Below are positions 31,824-45,900 of a stretch of DNA of 64,000 nt, one piece after another. The notes under the pieces were generated by a model that saw only the letters and a program-made list of their open reading frames with translations, ran no database searches and was not told the origin of the DNA. This DNA is from Macrostomum hystrix (taxonomy: Eukaryota; Animalia; Platyhelminthes), in the NCBI GenBank assembly GCA_950097015.1, contig CATNEN010000009.1, positions 868,001 through 932,000 on the forward strand, in the 5' to 3' direction. The translations under genes and the position numbers were made by a program. Position 1 is the first letter of the stretch; each line of letters starts with the position of its first letter.

Positions 31824-32738
31824 CTACTCGGTGGGCGGCACTTTTCGCTTCATCATCAACGGGTCAAACCTCTTCATCATCAGCGGGTCGAACTTCTTCA
31901 TCATCAACGGGTCGAACCTCTTCATCATCAGCGGGTCGAACCTCTTCATCATCAGCGGGTCGAACCTCTTCATCATTAGCGGATCGAACTTCTTCATCAT
32001 CAACGGGTCGAACTTCTTCATCATCAACGGGTCGAACCTCTTCATCATTAGCGGGTCGAACTTCTTCATCATCAACGGGTCGAACCTCTTCATCATCAAC
32101 GGGTCGAACCTCTTCATCATCAGCGGGTCGAACCTCTTCATCATTAGCGGATCGAACTTCTTCATCATCAGCGGGTCGAACCTCTTCATCATTAGCGGAT
32201 CGAACTTCTTCATCATCAACGGGTCGAACCTCTTCATCATCAACGGGTCGAACCTCTTCATCATTAGCGGGTCGAACTTCTTCATCATCAACGGGTCGAA
32301 CCTCTTCATCATCAACGGGTCGAACCTCTTTTGGTCGTCCTCATCATCAGACTCCCCGAGTTCAGCAGCTTTGGACACCTGGAATGGATCGGCAGAAGCG
32401 AATGTACTTGAGCTGGATGGCTTTGACTGCCTCTGAATGTGCTTCGGGCTGTTGTCTGGAATCGAGCCCTAATGACTTTTTCATGTTGGCCGATCGTGAG
32501 CACTTTGAAGGAGCCAATTAGAAAAGGCACCATAAGATCAAAACGAATTTGAGCTCAAATATTGACTCTTGTAACCCGGCTAATGCTCAGCCTCAACCCG
32601 GGCCTGCACTTTATTGAGCAGTGACGAATCTCCAGTGCTGGCAGCCCCAAGACTAACCTCGCAGCGGGCGATCGCAGCGCTCAGCAGGATGATCAGCAGG
32701 CAGTTGGCCAGGTGGCCGCGGCAGAAGCTGGCCCGCAT
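31824..32738 (-). CDS. Neuropeptide precursor: signal peptide, acidic spacer, 20 x FDPLMM flanked by KR/KK; exon 1 32658-32738, exon 2 31824-32378 (alternative in-phase acceptor at 32432)
   Basis: Exon 1 encodes MRASFCRGHLANCLLIILLSAAIARC-E, followed by the donor GTTAGT. Exon 2 is in phase 0: VSKAAELGESDDEDDQ-(K[R/K]FDPLMM)x20-KRKVPPTE*. Differences between the 24-bp units only switch KR/KK or are synonymous. Confidence 0.82.
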
Positions 32739-33886
32739 GGCAGGTAGGCTTGTCCTGGTGAGTCTGAGCTGGTCTCCGGGACTTGGCTTGTCAGTACAGA
32801 AGGAGAGTCTGCGGAGCACGATTGCGTGAGCGCCCAAATGGTCATTTTTCCAATTTTATCCCCGCTACCCCCATTGTTCGCAGGCCTGACTGTCGGGCAG
32901 CAGAGGAGTCTAAAAAAACAACAGCAGCTCCAAAGTGGCCGCCGAGCTCCAAGGAGAAGCGCCGGCACTGACAAAGCTGCTGGCGTGCTGGTTCACGGAG
33001 GGCTGGAGCTGGCAGAAGTCTCCAGTTAATTATTCAGCCTCATCATTTGCAAATGCAATGCAGCAGGGCCAGGCTGGAAGGAGACCCGCGGGAAGGGCCG
33101 CACGCAGCCGGCAACAATTCACTAGCGGCTTGTGGGCGATGAATTTTTCATGGCTGCTTGCCCCTCAGCAACTCAAAATTATCCCAGACGCCGGAGCACA
33201 AACAAGCCATAAAGATTTGGGAGAACGGACAAGGGATTAGGAGTGGTCGGGATCGATTTCCGAGGATAAACTCAGCGAGGAGTTGTCCAGACAAACGGCA
33301 GGTGGAATTTGATATTCACCTGCGCTGCCGTTAACAACAAAGAAAGAGCGACTTTCATGTCCGTATCTGGGGGACAGCGGGAGTCACAGGGCTAACCATG
33401 ATCCCCAACCCGAGGGGGATTTGGGCCTTATTATCCAACATCGGGATCGATCAGTAGAATAATCTTTCAAAGCGTTCTTATCGGAGCCACTTCAGACTGC
33501 TCAGAAACTGCTCAAGTGCAACCGCTTCCTTGAGCTTGACTGTCACTAATGGCTTCCCAGCCTCCGCTCTCTGGCGTGCCCGGGCCGCAAGCTCACCTGA
33601 CTCTCGCACAGAAGGCCGTCAGCGATGGGGCGCGCGTCGATTTGCAGCAGTTTTCACTTTTATGGGGGCCGCTTCCTTCCTCCGCTGGCGCTCCGTGCGC
33701 CACGGCCGACCCGGGCTAGAAATAGCGGGGGACCGGCGGGGGAGGGGGGGTGGCGGGCGGTGGGGCGGCTCTCCGGCCACTGATGGAGCTGCTACGCATT
33801 GTCACGGGAAGTGCGAGAGTTCAGACTGCAGACTTCGGGCCACCGGGATGCGTGGTATTGTAGCAAGGACACACTGGGCTCAGATC

Positions 33887-34290
33887 CTGTCTGAGGGGCT
33901 CAGATCCTGTCTGAGGGCTCAGATCCTGTCTGAGGGGCTCAGATCCTGTCTGAGGGCTCAGATCCTGTCTGAGGGGCTCAGATCCTGTCTGAGGGCTCAG
34001 ATCCTGTCTGAGGGGCTCAGATCCTGTCTGAGGGCTCAGATCCTGTCTGAGGGGCTCAGATTCTGTCTGAGGGGCTCAGATTCTGTCTTGAGGGGCTCAG
34101 ATCCTGTCTGAGGGGCTCAGATCCTGTCTGAGGGGCTCAGATCCTGACGAGGGGGTCAGATTCTGTCTGAGGGGCTCAGATTCTGTCTTGAGGTGCTCAG
34201 ATCCTGTACGAGTGGCTCAGATTCTGTCTGAGGGACTCAGAGTCTGTCTGAGGGGTTCAGATCCTGTACGAGGGGGCCAGATTCTGTACG
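33887..34290. repeat. Minisatellite of alternating 19/20-bp units GCTCAGATCCTGTCTGAGG(G), forming a 39-bp higher-order repeat
   Basis: Direct read; each unit contains the inverted repeat CTCAGA/TCTGAG. Confidence 0.9.
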
Positions 34291-35014
34291 AGGGAGGGGT
34301 CCAGACTCGGTGTAATGGGCCCGAATTTCCAATGGGTTCGGGTTCTGTCTAATAAATTCGAATTCTGGCTAATTAGTTTACAAATCATGTCGCCACGTGA
34401 CAGAGGGGTCGAGCTGTCTTCGATATCAGCGGCAGCCGAGAACGGACTACGGTGGAACCCGGACGTGGTTGGCCGGCAACATCAGCCTCCTAAACACCTG
34501 AGTTAAGTTTCTACAATCCAAATTAATGGGAATGAAGACGAGGCGATGCCAACTGAGTTTCCTGCTCCGCCGCCAACCCCAGATCGGGCGCAGCAGAAAT
34601 TGAATTTTCCCCCACCGAGAAGGCCGGCTCCGGCCAGTCAGAGGATCATGAGCGCGGAGGGAAATTCGGCCAAGTAGCCGGGAGGCGGAAGAGATGCCAA
34701 GCCTCTCGGAGCCAAAGGATTTGGCAAGAGGGCTTGCAAATCCGCATAATTCCATTGGTAGCCGCGGTTTGGCGGGGCCGGTGCACAAAGAGAGGCGGGT
34801 CGCGCCGCTGTTGAGGACCAGCTGAATTCAGCCCGGAGCTGGTAACTTCAGCAAGCAAGGACTCGGAAGGACTCAAAATCCCAGAAGAGCTCGCGATGCG
34901 TTCGCAACCCTAATATGTGGCCAACTTTAGCGCCCATGTTCTATCGAGATACAAGAGTGCATCTCGTTAAAGTGAAAAGGGCTTAGGAGGTAATGGCGAA
35001 TATAATATGAGAAT

Positions 35015-35500
35015 GGGAGATGAGGATAACAGGAGAATGGGAGATTAGGATAAGACTAAAGAGGAGAATGGGAGATGAGGAAAAAAGGAGAATGGGAGAT
35101 GAGGAAAAAAGGAGAATGGGAGATGAGGAAAAAAGGAGAATGGGAGATGAGGAAAAAAGGAGAATGGGAGATGAGGAAAAAAGGAGAATGAGAGATGAGG
35201 AAAAAAGGAGAATGGGAGATGAGGAAAAAAGGAGAATGGGAGATGAGGAAAAAAGGAGAATGGGAGATGAGGAAAAAAGGAGAATGGGACATGAGGACAA
35301 CAGGAGAATGGGTGATGAGGACAACAGGAGAATGGGAGATAAGGATAACAAGAGAATGGGAGATGAGGATAACAGGAGAATGGGAGATGAGGATAACAGG
35401 AGAATTGGAGATGAGGATAACAGGAGAATTGGAGATGAGGATAACAGGAGAATTGGAGATGAGGATAACAGGAAAATGGGAGATAGGACAAAGGGGACAA
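35015..35500 (+). repeat. 21-bp purine-rich minisatellite GGAGAATGGGAGATGAGGAAA-type
   Basis: Direct read; open in several frames. Confidence 0.9.
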
Positions 35501-36945
35501 GGGAGGTATGGGCAACATGGGAGTAGGGTGGAGAGAAATAGAAAACGCGAGATAGGGATAATCTTGCAAAAATTGGGAGATGGGGATAATTGAGGAGAAT
35601 GGGAGATTTGCGGGTTTAGAATAGGGTTTGGATAGCTGAGATAAATTGAGATGGGATATGAGCAAGCGACGACATAGTGATCAAACACACAAAGGGTTAG
35701 TGATTGACGTGAAGTTGTCAAAAGAGTTAGGTCTCAGGGTCACTGAGGCACAAAGGGCAGTTTGAGCAAAGAAACAAGAGGCACAAAGCCGCTAGCTGGT
35801 CAGATGTTTGTCAACTGGTTGGCGTGAGGCTGTTATATTAGTTTTTTTGCTTTCGTGTATTTCGCAGATTTTTATTTTGCCCGGCCGCCGACAGCGGGGA
35901 GACGGCGCGGAGCGGGCAGATCAAAGGAGGGTGGGCGGCTTCTGGCAACAACGACAAAGAAATGATGGCCCTGATACGAAAGTCACACGCCTGGGACAGG
36001 TGGCCGGATTTACAGCTTGAGACAGACAGCGGGTGGAGGCGGAGAACACCGAGACGGACACAGATTTACAATAATAGTAGCAGCAATAACACTAGTAATA
36101 TAGCTGATAATAGACAAACAAAAGGTACAGCAGCCAACGCAGGCGCAGAGAATCAAATTCATAAGAATAGCAGTATTAATTATTAGTATGATTATTATTA
36201 ATAGTCTTGCTTTGTGCGACAAGTACAGCGCGCTGCCAGAGAGACACAGGTGGGGGCGGGCAGCGGAATTTGCAGGAATTCTGCGCAATGCGATCCAGGT
36301 AAAAAAGGTGACAGCATATAAAATGTTCGGACTGGACACAAACTCACTTCGGCGTTGGGTAGCAACAATGATGAGGGAGGGAGCACAAAAGCTTGAGAAC
36401 ATTTGAGAAGAGCAAAGCACACGGTTAACAAGCAATAAGGGAGAGGCTGGGCGGCTGCGATATGCGACAATTGCAGCTGCTTTGCAATCTACACGAGGAT
36501 AACTGTGCAAAAAGTTTCAGGGATCTCACAGTGGATAGGTGCGGCCAGTTTTTTCCTCACTTGAGCTCCCTATTCATTTCCATGCCCCGCAGTTCGGGCG
36601 GGGCGCACTCTTGCGATTCAAAAAAGTCCATCTTCGGGCCAGGCCAGAGGCTCGCTTTTTTTTCAAGTGGCCTCTCTAAAGAAACAGAAGAAAAACGTCG
36701 CCTTCTAAAAGAAGAACAGATGAAGCCAGGCGCAGCTGGGACTGGGCAGGTTGATGAAGCATTGATGGCAGATGAAGCACACAAATAAAACAAACACGGA
36801 CACATAATGCACAGGGATGGGAAGGGCCAGTCACAATGGCTGCGGACTGAGCAGAGAGGACGGGCAGCTCAGAGTCACACACAGCAAAACGGGAGCGAGA
36901 GTTCTCGCTTAAGTCCTCATCCAAGAGCCACCGTAGCGGCGCCGG

Positions 36946-39900
36946 TCACGGCGAGTTGATGGCCGACACCGGCGGCGGGCCGTTGGCCATCGGGTTGGGC
37001 GCGGCGACGGAGGCGGCCGCAGCCGAAGGAGTCGGGACGCCGCTGGCGACCGAGGAGGCAACAGAGGTGACGGCCGCGGAGGCGGCACCTGGCAGCGGCA
37101 TCGGCGGCGGCAGCCGGAAGCCGGGCACGCAGGAGCGGGCCACGGACTCCAGGAGCCTGCGAGGCGGCAGAGTGAAGGACGAAGCGGATTGCGAAATTGA
37201 AATAAACTTTTAAATAATCGAAGATAAATATTTACTGCGCGATATCATAATACGTGCAAGACAAGGAATAGAAGGCCCCAGGACAGTGAGAAGGATAGAA
37301 CTCAGGACAATGAGAAGGGTTGGACTCAGGAGAGGGAGAAGGATTGGACTCAGGACAATGAGAAGGATTGGACTCAGGACAGGGAAATCTGCAAAAAACA
37401 GGAAATCTCAAAGTCACAGTGCAACACCCACGCAGCTGCTTAAACTTCGGCCTTTCGATGTCAATCAGATTATGAAGGATGAGGATTAAAAAACCTGACA
37501 GCCGTGGAAGGGGATCGCACCAGATCCCGCGTGAATAATGACAGCATGTCCTTGCTGAGGTAGGGTGTGGCAAGATGTCACTACCGAGCTAAAGGATTAG
37601 GTGGATGGGAAAGTGGAGTAGCTATTTAAGCGCTCTCAGGTAATCCAGTTAGGATTCCCACTCAGAGTCCGCTCGCTTCAAGGAGTTGTCAAAGGAAAGC
37701 CGAGTCTCAGTTCTTTTGCGCAGGCACGCTTCCAAGACGTCGGTCGGGCTGGCGCAGGGGGGAGGTTCTCACAATTGTGTGGCGCATGAGACGATGACCA
37801 AGCAGGTTAATTAATCCGCGGAAGCCAATTAGCAGCAGCAGCTGACCTAGGAACTAATTTTAGAGTACAAGCTAGGACAAATGGATAAACGAGGGTCCAT
37901 CTAGACAAAAAGGCTGCATGGCTGAGCGCATTGCACCAGCCGCCCACCTACTCGCATGTGCTCAGAAATACCCTTGGAGCACATTGGAGCAGAATTCGTG
38001 GCAAATATGCAACAGGCGCCATCTTCCCAATTACTGCCGCCATTCCCGAGGCTATTATCCGAGTAGAAAGCTGAAAAAACACTGATGGGATTTCAGGGGA
38101 TCCCACCTGACCGACGAGCCATGGCTAGCGTAGAAAATAGCTTACGAGCTACACGGCTAAGCGGCCACCAACTTGGCAACAATGCCAGCTCAAACTTATT
38201 AGAGATGGCGGGCTGAGGCGAAAAGCAGACAGGCCTCAGCAGATGAAATGCAGCAACAAAAAACCCCAGCTCGCACAATTTCCTGCCGCTGAGCACATTG
38301 AATAGCAATATTAGCAATATTTACAGTTTTGTGGTTAATTGCTCACAGGGGACAGTATAAACAATGCAGGCCACCGAAATTGCTGCTCAACATTATAATA
38401 AAGCAAGCTGAGCCCGTCACCCGTCAGCTGCCGGATTCCAGACAGCTGGGATCGAAGTTATCCCCAGTTTATTATCCCATTGTCATGGACCTGGGATATG
38501 GGATGTGACGGCAATCTCGTAGTCTCGAGAATCAAGGCGATAATTAGAAGCTAGCGAACACAAATATCTAGTCACATGCGACCTTAATTAACCCATAACA
38601 TTGACAGCTAACACAGATGAGCAATTTAGACTCACTTTTCAATGTGCGGCGAGCAGCGCACGAACTCGTGATCCCAGAACCGGTAACTGGGATTCTTCAG
38701 CAGCTCCGTGAAGGTCAGCAGCAGGCCCCAAGGATGCGGCCGGTTTACAATCAGGCGCTCCAGCAGCACCCTGCAAAGATGGCGGACAGGTGGAGAAGGA
38801 CACTGAACTTAGTTGCGCCCAGATACGTAGCCGTCATTTACATACGGTTAATCACAGGTTTTGAGTACACCAAACCAATGACAGTTTATCCCTGTCTCTG
38901 AGTACACCAATTCAATGACAGTTTATCCCTGTCTCTGAGTACACCAATTCAATGACAGTTTATCCCTGTCTCTGAGTACACAAATTCAATGACAGTTTAT
39001 CCCTGTCTCTGAGTACACAAATTCAATGACAGTTTATCCCTGTCTCTGAGTACACAAATTCAATGACAGTTTATCCCTGTCTCTGAGTACACCAATTCAA
39101 TGACAGTTTATCCCTGTCTCTGAGTACACCAATTCAATGACAGTTTATCCCAGTCTCTGAGTACACAAATTCAATGACAGTTTATAACAGTCTCTGAGTA
39201 CACCAATTCAATGATAGTTTATCCCTGTCTCTGAGTACACCAATTTAATGACAGTTTATCCCTGTCTCTGAGTACACAAATTCAATGACAGTTTATAACA
39301 GTCTCTGAGTACACCAATTCAATGACAGTTTATCCCTGTCTCTGAGTACACAAATTCAATGACAGTTTATAACAGTCTCTGAGTACACCAATTCAATGAC
39401 AGTTTATCCCTGTCTCTGAGTACACAAATTCAATGACAGTTTATAACAGTCTCTGAGTACACCAATTCAATGACAGTTTATCCCAGTCTCTAAGTACACA
39501 AATCTCATGAAAATTAGCCTTAGGCCTTACCTGGTGATCTGCTCCTTGATCTGCTCATTGTTGCTTTCGCGGAAGAAGAAGAGCAAGATTTGGTTAAAGT
39601 AGAAGGTGTGCGAGTTCGGATAGCGCAGCTGGTTGGCCATGGCGTTGAGCAGGAGGTAGCGGCCCTCAGTGCAGCAGAGCATGACCAGAGCCTGCAGAGT
39701 CTCAGTCTCAACGCAGTGAGTCATGTTGTAGGGCTGCAGCGAGTTGCCGCTCTCGTTGATGCGTTTGACAGCCCGCCGGCCGACGTACAGCACCAGGGCG
39801 TTGGTCAGCTCGATGTGGTAGCGCCGGCCCTCCTCGCCGTCATCAGCCCGGATGCGGCTCTGCACATCGGTGAGGAACTGCACCGGCTTGCGGGTGGCCA

Positions 39901-42900
39901 GATAGCCGTCCACTTCCTCGCGCAGCTTGGCGGGGATGTTGGTCTCCAGGCCAGCGAAGGAGCCGCGCGGCTCCACCTGCATCTCCGGCAGGGCGAGGCA
40001 CTGCGAGGCCGGGCTCTGGATGGGGTCCAGCAGCTGGACGAACTTCGGGAAGGCCGACAGAATGAGATTGCGCAGCTGGATGCAGTTGGCAGGGATCACG
40101 TCGCACAGGGCATGGTGGTACTCGCTGATAAAGTCGGGAAAGTCGTGCAGCAGCACCAGGATGAGGCGCAGGGTGCCGCGGTACAGCAGGTGCACAGTCT
40201 TGATAAAGTTGGCGCTGGCCAAGAAGGGCGCAATGAACTTCAGCAAGTCAACCAGCAGCTGGGCGTACATGGACCAGGCGGCCGGAGTGCTCAGGTATTT
40301 GGACAGTACGGACCGGTGCGAGATGCACTCCACCTGTGTGCGGTCAGAGTAACATTTAGTCAGCGAAGCTGAAGCTGAAGGACTCAAGCTGTCTGAGAAA
40401 TGTTTAAAAAATCTGACTCGAATGACAGAGCTTGCGGAGCTGCTAATTGCTGTGTTTGGGCATTGCTTAGGGAGCCATAATTTGCAGGTAAAAGTGTGGG
40501 CCCACAATGTACCCAATCAGGGATTCCCAACTCGATCGTCAGCCCACAGGGTACAAAATAAATCTGAGATTTCAAACTCAATCGTGATCCCAAAAGCACC
40601 TAAACCGGTGATTCTCCAGCTACTCACCCAGCTGTAGGTGAAGGATGGCGCCTTGGCGGGTCGCACAATGTGCAGCGCATTGGCGAAGGCTGCCAGCATG
40701 GGTACAGTCAGTGAGGCCAGAGCGCTGGTCTGAGGACTGTCGGCATCGGCGGGCCCCGGGCAGAGCAGCTCGCTGAACAGCAGGACGAAGATGCGCTGGA
40801 ACGGCATGGGATGGAATCGGTCGGACCGGATGTCCTGCTCCTGCAGCAGCGTGCCGGAGATGATGCCGAGGATCTTGTTCAGCAGGTTTATCTTTGTGCT
40901 GGCGTTGAACTCGCGCTCCCGCTGAGTGTCGGAGGCAGCAGCGGCGGCGGCCTGCTCTCCGCTGTGCTTCACCATCACGGCAATCAGGCGGATGTAAGCG
41001 TCCAGTTCTTGGTAGCAGCTGACGCGGTTGCTGAGCACCTCTTGGCCGGACTTAAGCAGGGCACGGAAGCAGTGCTCCATCACATAGTCAGTTGTAAGGC
41101 GGAAGAATCTGAGGATTAGATTAAAGCGGCTTTGCTTTAATTATGCGTTATGCTATGCGATCTTAAAAGTGCAATACAATGGGAGTGCTTGAATGATGCA
41201 TGAAGGCTTTGAGATGAACCTGTGAGCAATGATCCAGCAAGTCTCACCTGGTGATGATATCGTCAGTCTTCAGGATGCCAAACTGCGTCATCTCCTTGAC
41301 GAAAGTATTGAACCCACGCTGATCCACCACCCGCTGGGCATTGTACAAGAGGTACCATCTCTTCATGAGGCTCTCGCTGGCCTCCTGCAGCCAGTGGGGA
41401 TCGTCAAACTCCCTGGCCTGCGAGCAGCCGCTGTACAGGTAAGTGGTGGCGGGCTGCTGATGGGCCTCAAGCAGGCCAAAGTCCAACAGGCCGCGCACCT
41501 GGTGGCAGACGCGGACAAACTCAGGTGGCACGTGGCCAGCCGGTGATTTCTCGATGAGATGGGTGAGCACGGCAATTGTGCCAGTGAGGTCGCATTCGTT
41601 GAGCACAGTCTGCTCGCGACTATCGCTGAGCACCAGGGCGTGGAACAGGTCCATGACGAAGCGGAGTGCGCGCAGGTTGCTCTGGCGAATCTGCTTGGCA
41701 AGGTGAGAGTCCACAGCCTGCAGGCTGACGATGTGAATCTTCAGCAGCTCAATGAAGGCGTCGCTGTTCCACTTGTGCGGCTCAGGCATGTCAGTCCAGA
41801 TCTGAGTGACCACGTGACTCATGCAGCTGGAGTAGCCCAGGCCGCTGAGTTTGGGCTGGTACATAAGCCGCAGCACCACAGTGTGCGCCTCCTTGTAGCG
41901 CTCCAGCACCTCCTGTGGAAAGTGCGCCTGCATCGCCTGCCGGCGAAACGTCTGGAACAGCGACTGGACTGCCGCCTTTACAACATCGCTGGCGCAGGCG
42001 TCATTAGCGGTAGCCTTGGCAACCTGAGCGCGCTCAACTAGCACGCGAAGGCGCTGCACGAGCTGGCCGCTGTCGCCGATGCCGGAGCCAGCGGCAGCAG
42101 CAGCCGTTGAAGTCGGCGGCTGGGCCACGCTGGGCGAGTTGGCGATGTACTGTGACTGGCGCTCGACTTCGGCCACGATGGTGTCAAAAAGCTGCGCAAC
42201 CTCGTTGCGGTGCTGCGGCTGGGGCGCGGCCTGCGCCGTCGGCTGCGGCTGTGGCTGGGCCGGCTGCTGCGCGGTCATCGGAGGCATTGGCGGCGGCACG
42301 GCTGGAGGAGCATCGCTAGCAAAGCCGGGCACGCAGTTGGCGTACTCGGAGTAAACAGCCAGGCTGACCAGAGAAGGCGGGCCAACAGACTTGCGCAGCA
42401 TTGGCGGCATGGAATCATTCTGGTAGGCCATCTGCTGCGGGTCAAAGTAGCGCCTGCCTTCCTGGCGGGCCTGGATGCGGAGCCGGTAATCATTCTCTAG
42501 AGTGACATCTACCTGGATTAGGGCCTTTTCAACGCACATTTTCTGGATGTATGCCGTGCCCAGCTCGAAATTCTCGCTGGCGATGACACGGGCGGCCTCC
42601 TCGATCATCTCCCTCTGCTGGTTGTTGGGCGAGTTGAGCACCTGCAAGAACTGCTGCTTGAGCTTGGTCTCCATGTTGATGCTGAGGGCCTCACGGCAGG
42701 TGATAAGGGCCATTCCGGCGGTGAGGCAGCGGGTCATGTTGTGAGCGGCGGTGCGCAGGTGCCCCTCGTCGTCGTCAAGTGCGAAGTCCTTGCGCACGAC
42801 GCCCTCCACGGTGCCGAGGACGATGCGGACGCAGCGCTGGGACACGGGCTCGAGCAGCTCGCCGACTGTGACCTCCAGGGTCTGGCGGATGGGGGCAGCA

Positions 42901-45900
42901 AGCCCAGGGTGAGTCTGCAGCAGCAGCAGGGCCGGATTCACAGTGAAGAAGGCGCTGAGAGGCCGGCTGGTGTCGATGTCGGTCCACTTGAAGCGCGGCA
43001 TAGGATGCATGCCGCCCTGCTGGTGAATGAGCTGCATGGCAGATGGATCAATGTGCATCGGCGGTGGCAGCTGCTGCTGCTGCAGCGATGGTTGCTGCGG
43101 CGGCGGTAACGGCTGTGATGGCTCGAACTCTTCAGCCGGAGCGGTCATTCTGGGCGGCAGCTGCTGGTCGTGCTCAGCAACGGCGGTTGTGGTGGCAGCT
43201 AAGCCGCGGGCGCCGACAGTAGTGCCGCGAATGAGGCAGTTCTCAACTTCAATCTGGCGAATCCGGTCGCTGTCGCGCAGGTAATAGGCCGGTTCCAGCT
43301 GGTCGAAGTTAACGTCAAGCTTTCTGCATAGAATTTCAACTTCGAATTTCAGCGAGTTCTTCACCGCCTTGTCCATGTGCAACTCTTTGAGTACGCGCAC
43401 AATGCCCATGGTCCAGGGGCTGGGCGGCCTGAACACAGGGCTGGCTGAGCAGGCCTCCAAGGTGCGCGCAACAAACGGCACAGCATAGTGCATTTCCACT
43501 TGGCCCTTGCAGTAGGCCTCAAGCAGCAGGCCCTTCAGGTCCATATCGTCGTACAGGATGGGCCGGTTCTTGGCGAGGGTCAGCAGGCCCAGGAAGTGGC
43601 CGATGTTCTTCAGCAGCGATCGGTCATTATAGTCGTTGAGATCCGGGCGCATGTTCTGAAGCAGGGCTCGGATGCTGCGGAATGTCTGCTGCAGTACTAT
43701 CTCACGCAGGCGAGGTACATTCAGCGCGTCCATGAGGTCTACGAACAGCTGGTGGTAGTTGGGCTCTGTGGTGACCCGCTTCATGACCAAGTACTGGCCA
43801 AGCCAGGGCATGAACTCATCAGGCACAGCCCGGCGCAGCTCCTCGGACTTGGAGCCTAAGTTCAGCTTGCTCAGGTTGTTGAAGATGAAAAACACAGCGT
43901 CCTGCACGCTCTCTGGCGGCGTGGCCGCCTCCTCAATGATATCGCCGTCGCCAGCTCGGCGAATCTGGGATTCGGTATCGCCGCCTGGCAGAGATCTGGC
44001 GGCCAGCTGGATGCCAATCTGCAGATCCTTGGGAAACTTGGCAAAGTTGTTGCAGGCCAGCAGATGGGCCGCAACCTGGCGATAGTTGGCCAGGCTGGTC
44101 TTGCACCTGCGGAGATCAGGTGATGGCAGCTCCACAATTGTTAATTAGCCCGCAGAGTTAAAAGAATTTAGAGATAGATTTTCGGAGCAGCGAGGAGCCT
44201 TTTTTCCTGATCTCTTCGGGAATAATAAAGTTAACAGATTGTGGATTATGGAGGCTGCGAAAACGTTTGTCCCAGATAGCCCTCTCCCGCATACTACTAA
44301 AAGTTCACGAGCATACAGACTTAGTCATCCTGTGGATCATAGCAACAGGCTGTACTGTGGGTCATAGCAATACCCAGATGTAGTCATTTTGTGAGTCATT
44401 GTTAAATCCGTATTTGGTCATTCTATGAGTCAATTTTACTCCATGATTAGGTAATTCTGCGAGTCATGGTAACTCCAAATTTGGTCAAGATTCTAATTAA
44501 GAAGTTGTTACAGCTCATTAAACTTATAACTGTGTGGGTCATTGAAACACCCATCCCGTGGTTCCTAGCCATGGTTTTTAGTTTCTAGCCCTAGCCTAGA
44601 CAAAGGTACAGTCGTCAAAAGTGAAGGTTTTGCATACAAACCGTTTAGTGAAAAAATCCCACGACTGATCCCTGACTAAAAAGCTTTAGAAACACACCTT
44701 AGGAGGATGTCCACGCCAAAGTTGAAGAATGTCTGGTCGGCCTCTGTCTCGATGGGCCGGGTGACGCACAGGCTGAGCAGGCGAAGGAAGAAGGCCAGCA
44801 CCTGATGCGATGTGAGCTGAAAGCCCAGGGCGATCACCTGGCCGAACAACTCGGCCATGATGGCGCGCTGCTTAGGCGGGAAGCTGGTAGGTATGTGGTT
44901 GAACTCGTCAACCAGCACGCGAAGGAAATAGTTGCATAGCGGCTTCTCCTTGGGTTCTCGCAGCATGAGGAACACCTCCTCAGAGGTGATGGTGCCGCTG
45001 AACAGGCTCTTCATCATCATGTTGATGCGCTCGTCCAGCTCCGGAGGACTTGGCGCTGTCAGCTCTGACGGCAGACCGGCGTTAGCCGAGAATCTGCCAG
45101 CAGGCATCGGCGGCTGCATTCCTGACTGATGATGATGCAGCGACATCGGCATCGGCGGCTGCGATGCCTGCGGCGGTGGGAGGCCGAGCCCAGCGGGCGA
45201 GCCCATGGGAATAGCCGGCAACGGGATCTTGTGCTTCGGTGTGGCCAGGCCAGGCTGTTGCTGCTGCTGTGGTACAAAGCTGGGCAGCTGGCCAGCTAGA
45301 CTCTGCTTCATCATGGCGGAGGCTGGCGACATCTGAAGGCCTGCGGGTATTTTGGGCGCGGATGCTTGGGTTTAGAAGCGAATTGAGGTGGATGTTGGGA
45401 AGCCTATGGAGTTAATGACAAGCAATCCAATCTTGCACAAAACTACTATCAGTAGCCACTATCGCCACTGCACACTCACTAGCCAACTGCGAGCTGATGC
45501 TGGGTATCGGGCCGAGCATTGCGGCTGCTGTGGTCGCCTTGGCAAACTGAGGCTGCTGCTGCTGCTGAGGTGGCGGAGGCGCCGGTGGAGGCTGTGGCGC
45601 CTGCTGCTGCGGCAGGTCCCTGGTGATTTGGACGTATCTGGCAAAGCTGAGCTTCATGCCAGCCAGCTCGGCTACAGTCTCGGGCGACAATCCGCCGCCG
45701 GGCACGGACGCGTGCCGCCGCTCCAGGCACTGAAGGATAATCTTGATGAAGACGACGTCAACCTGAGCCGCTCGGAGCTGATCGGCCGGGTCTTCTTTGC
45801 CAACCATGCGGCCGGCCCGGGTAGCAAGGAACTTAAGCGCGGCCTGGGCGAACTGGTCGCCATACTCAACCAGCCGGTCAGTCAGCCATGCGTCCAGCTT

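Noticed and set aside
33887-34290. CRISPR-like palindromic repeats
   Set aside because: No unique spacers, no cas genes, eukaryotic context.
35020-35526. ORF with repeated KRR-MGDEE/MGDED units resembling a second neuropeptide precursor
   Set aside because: No signal peptide or linked exon found; the array is open in several frames on both strands, and basic sites decay along it (NRR, NKR). It behaves like a non-coding purine minisatellite.
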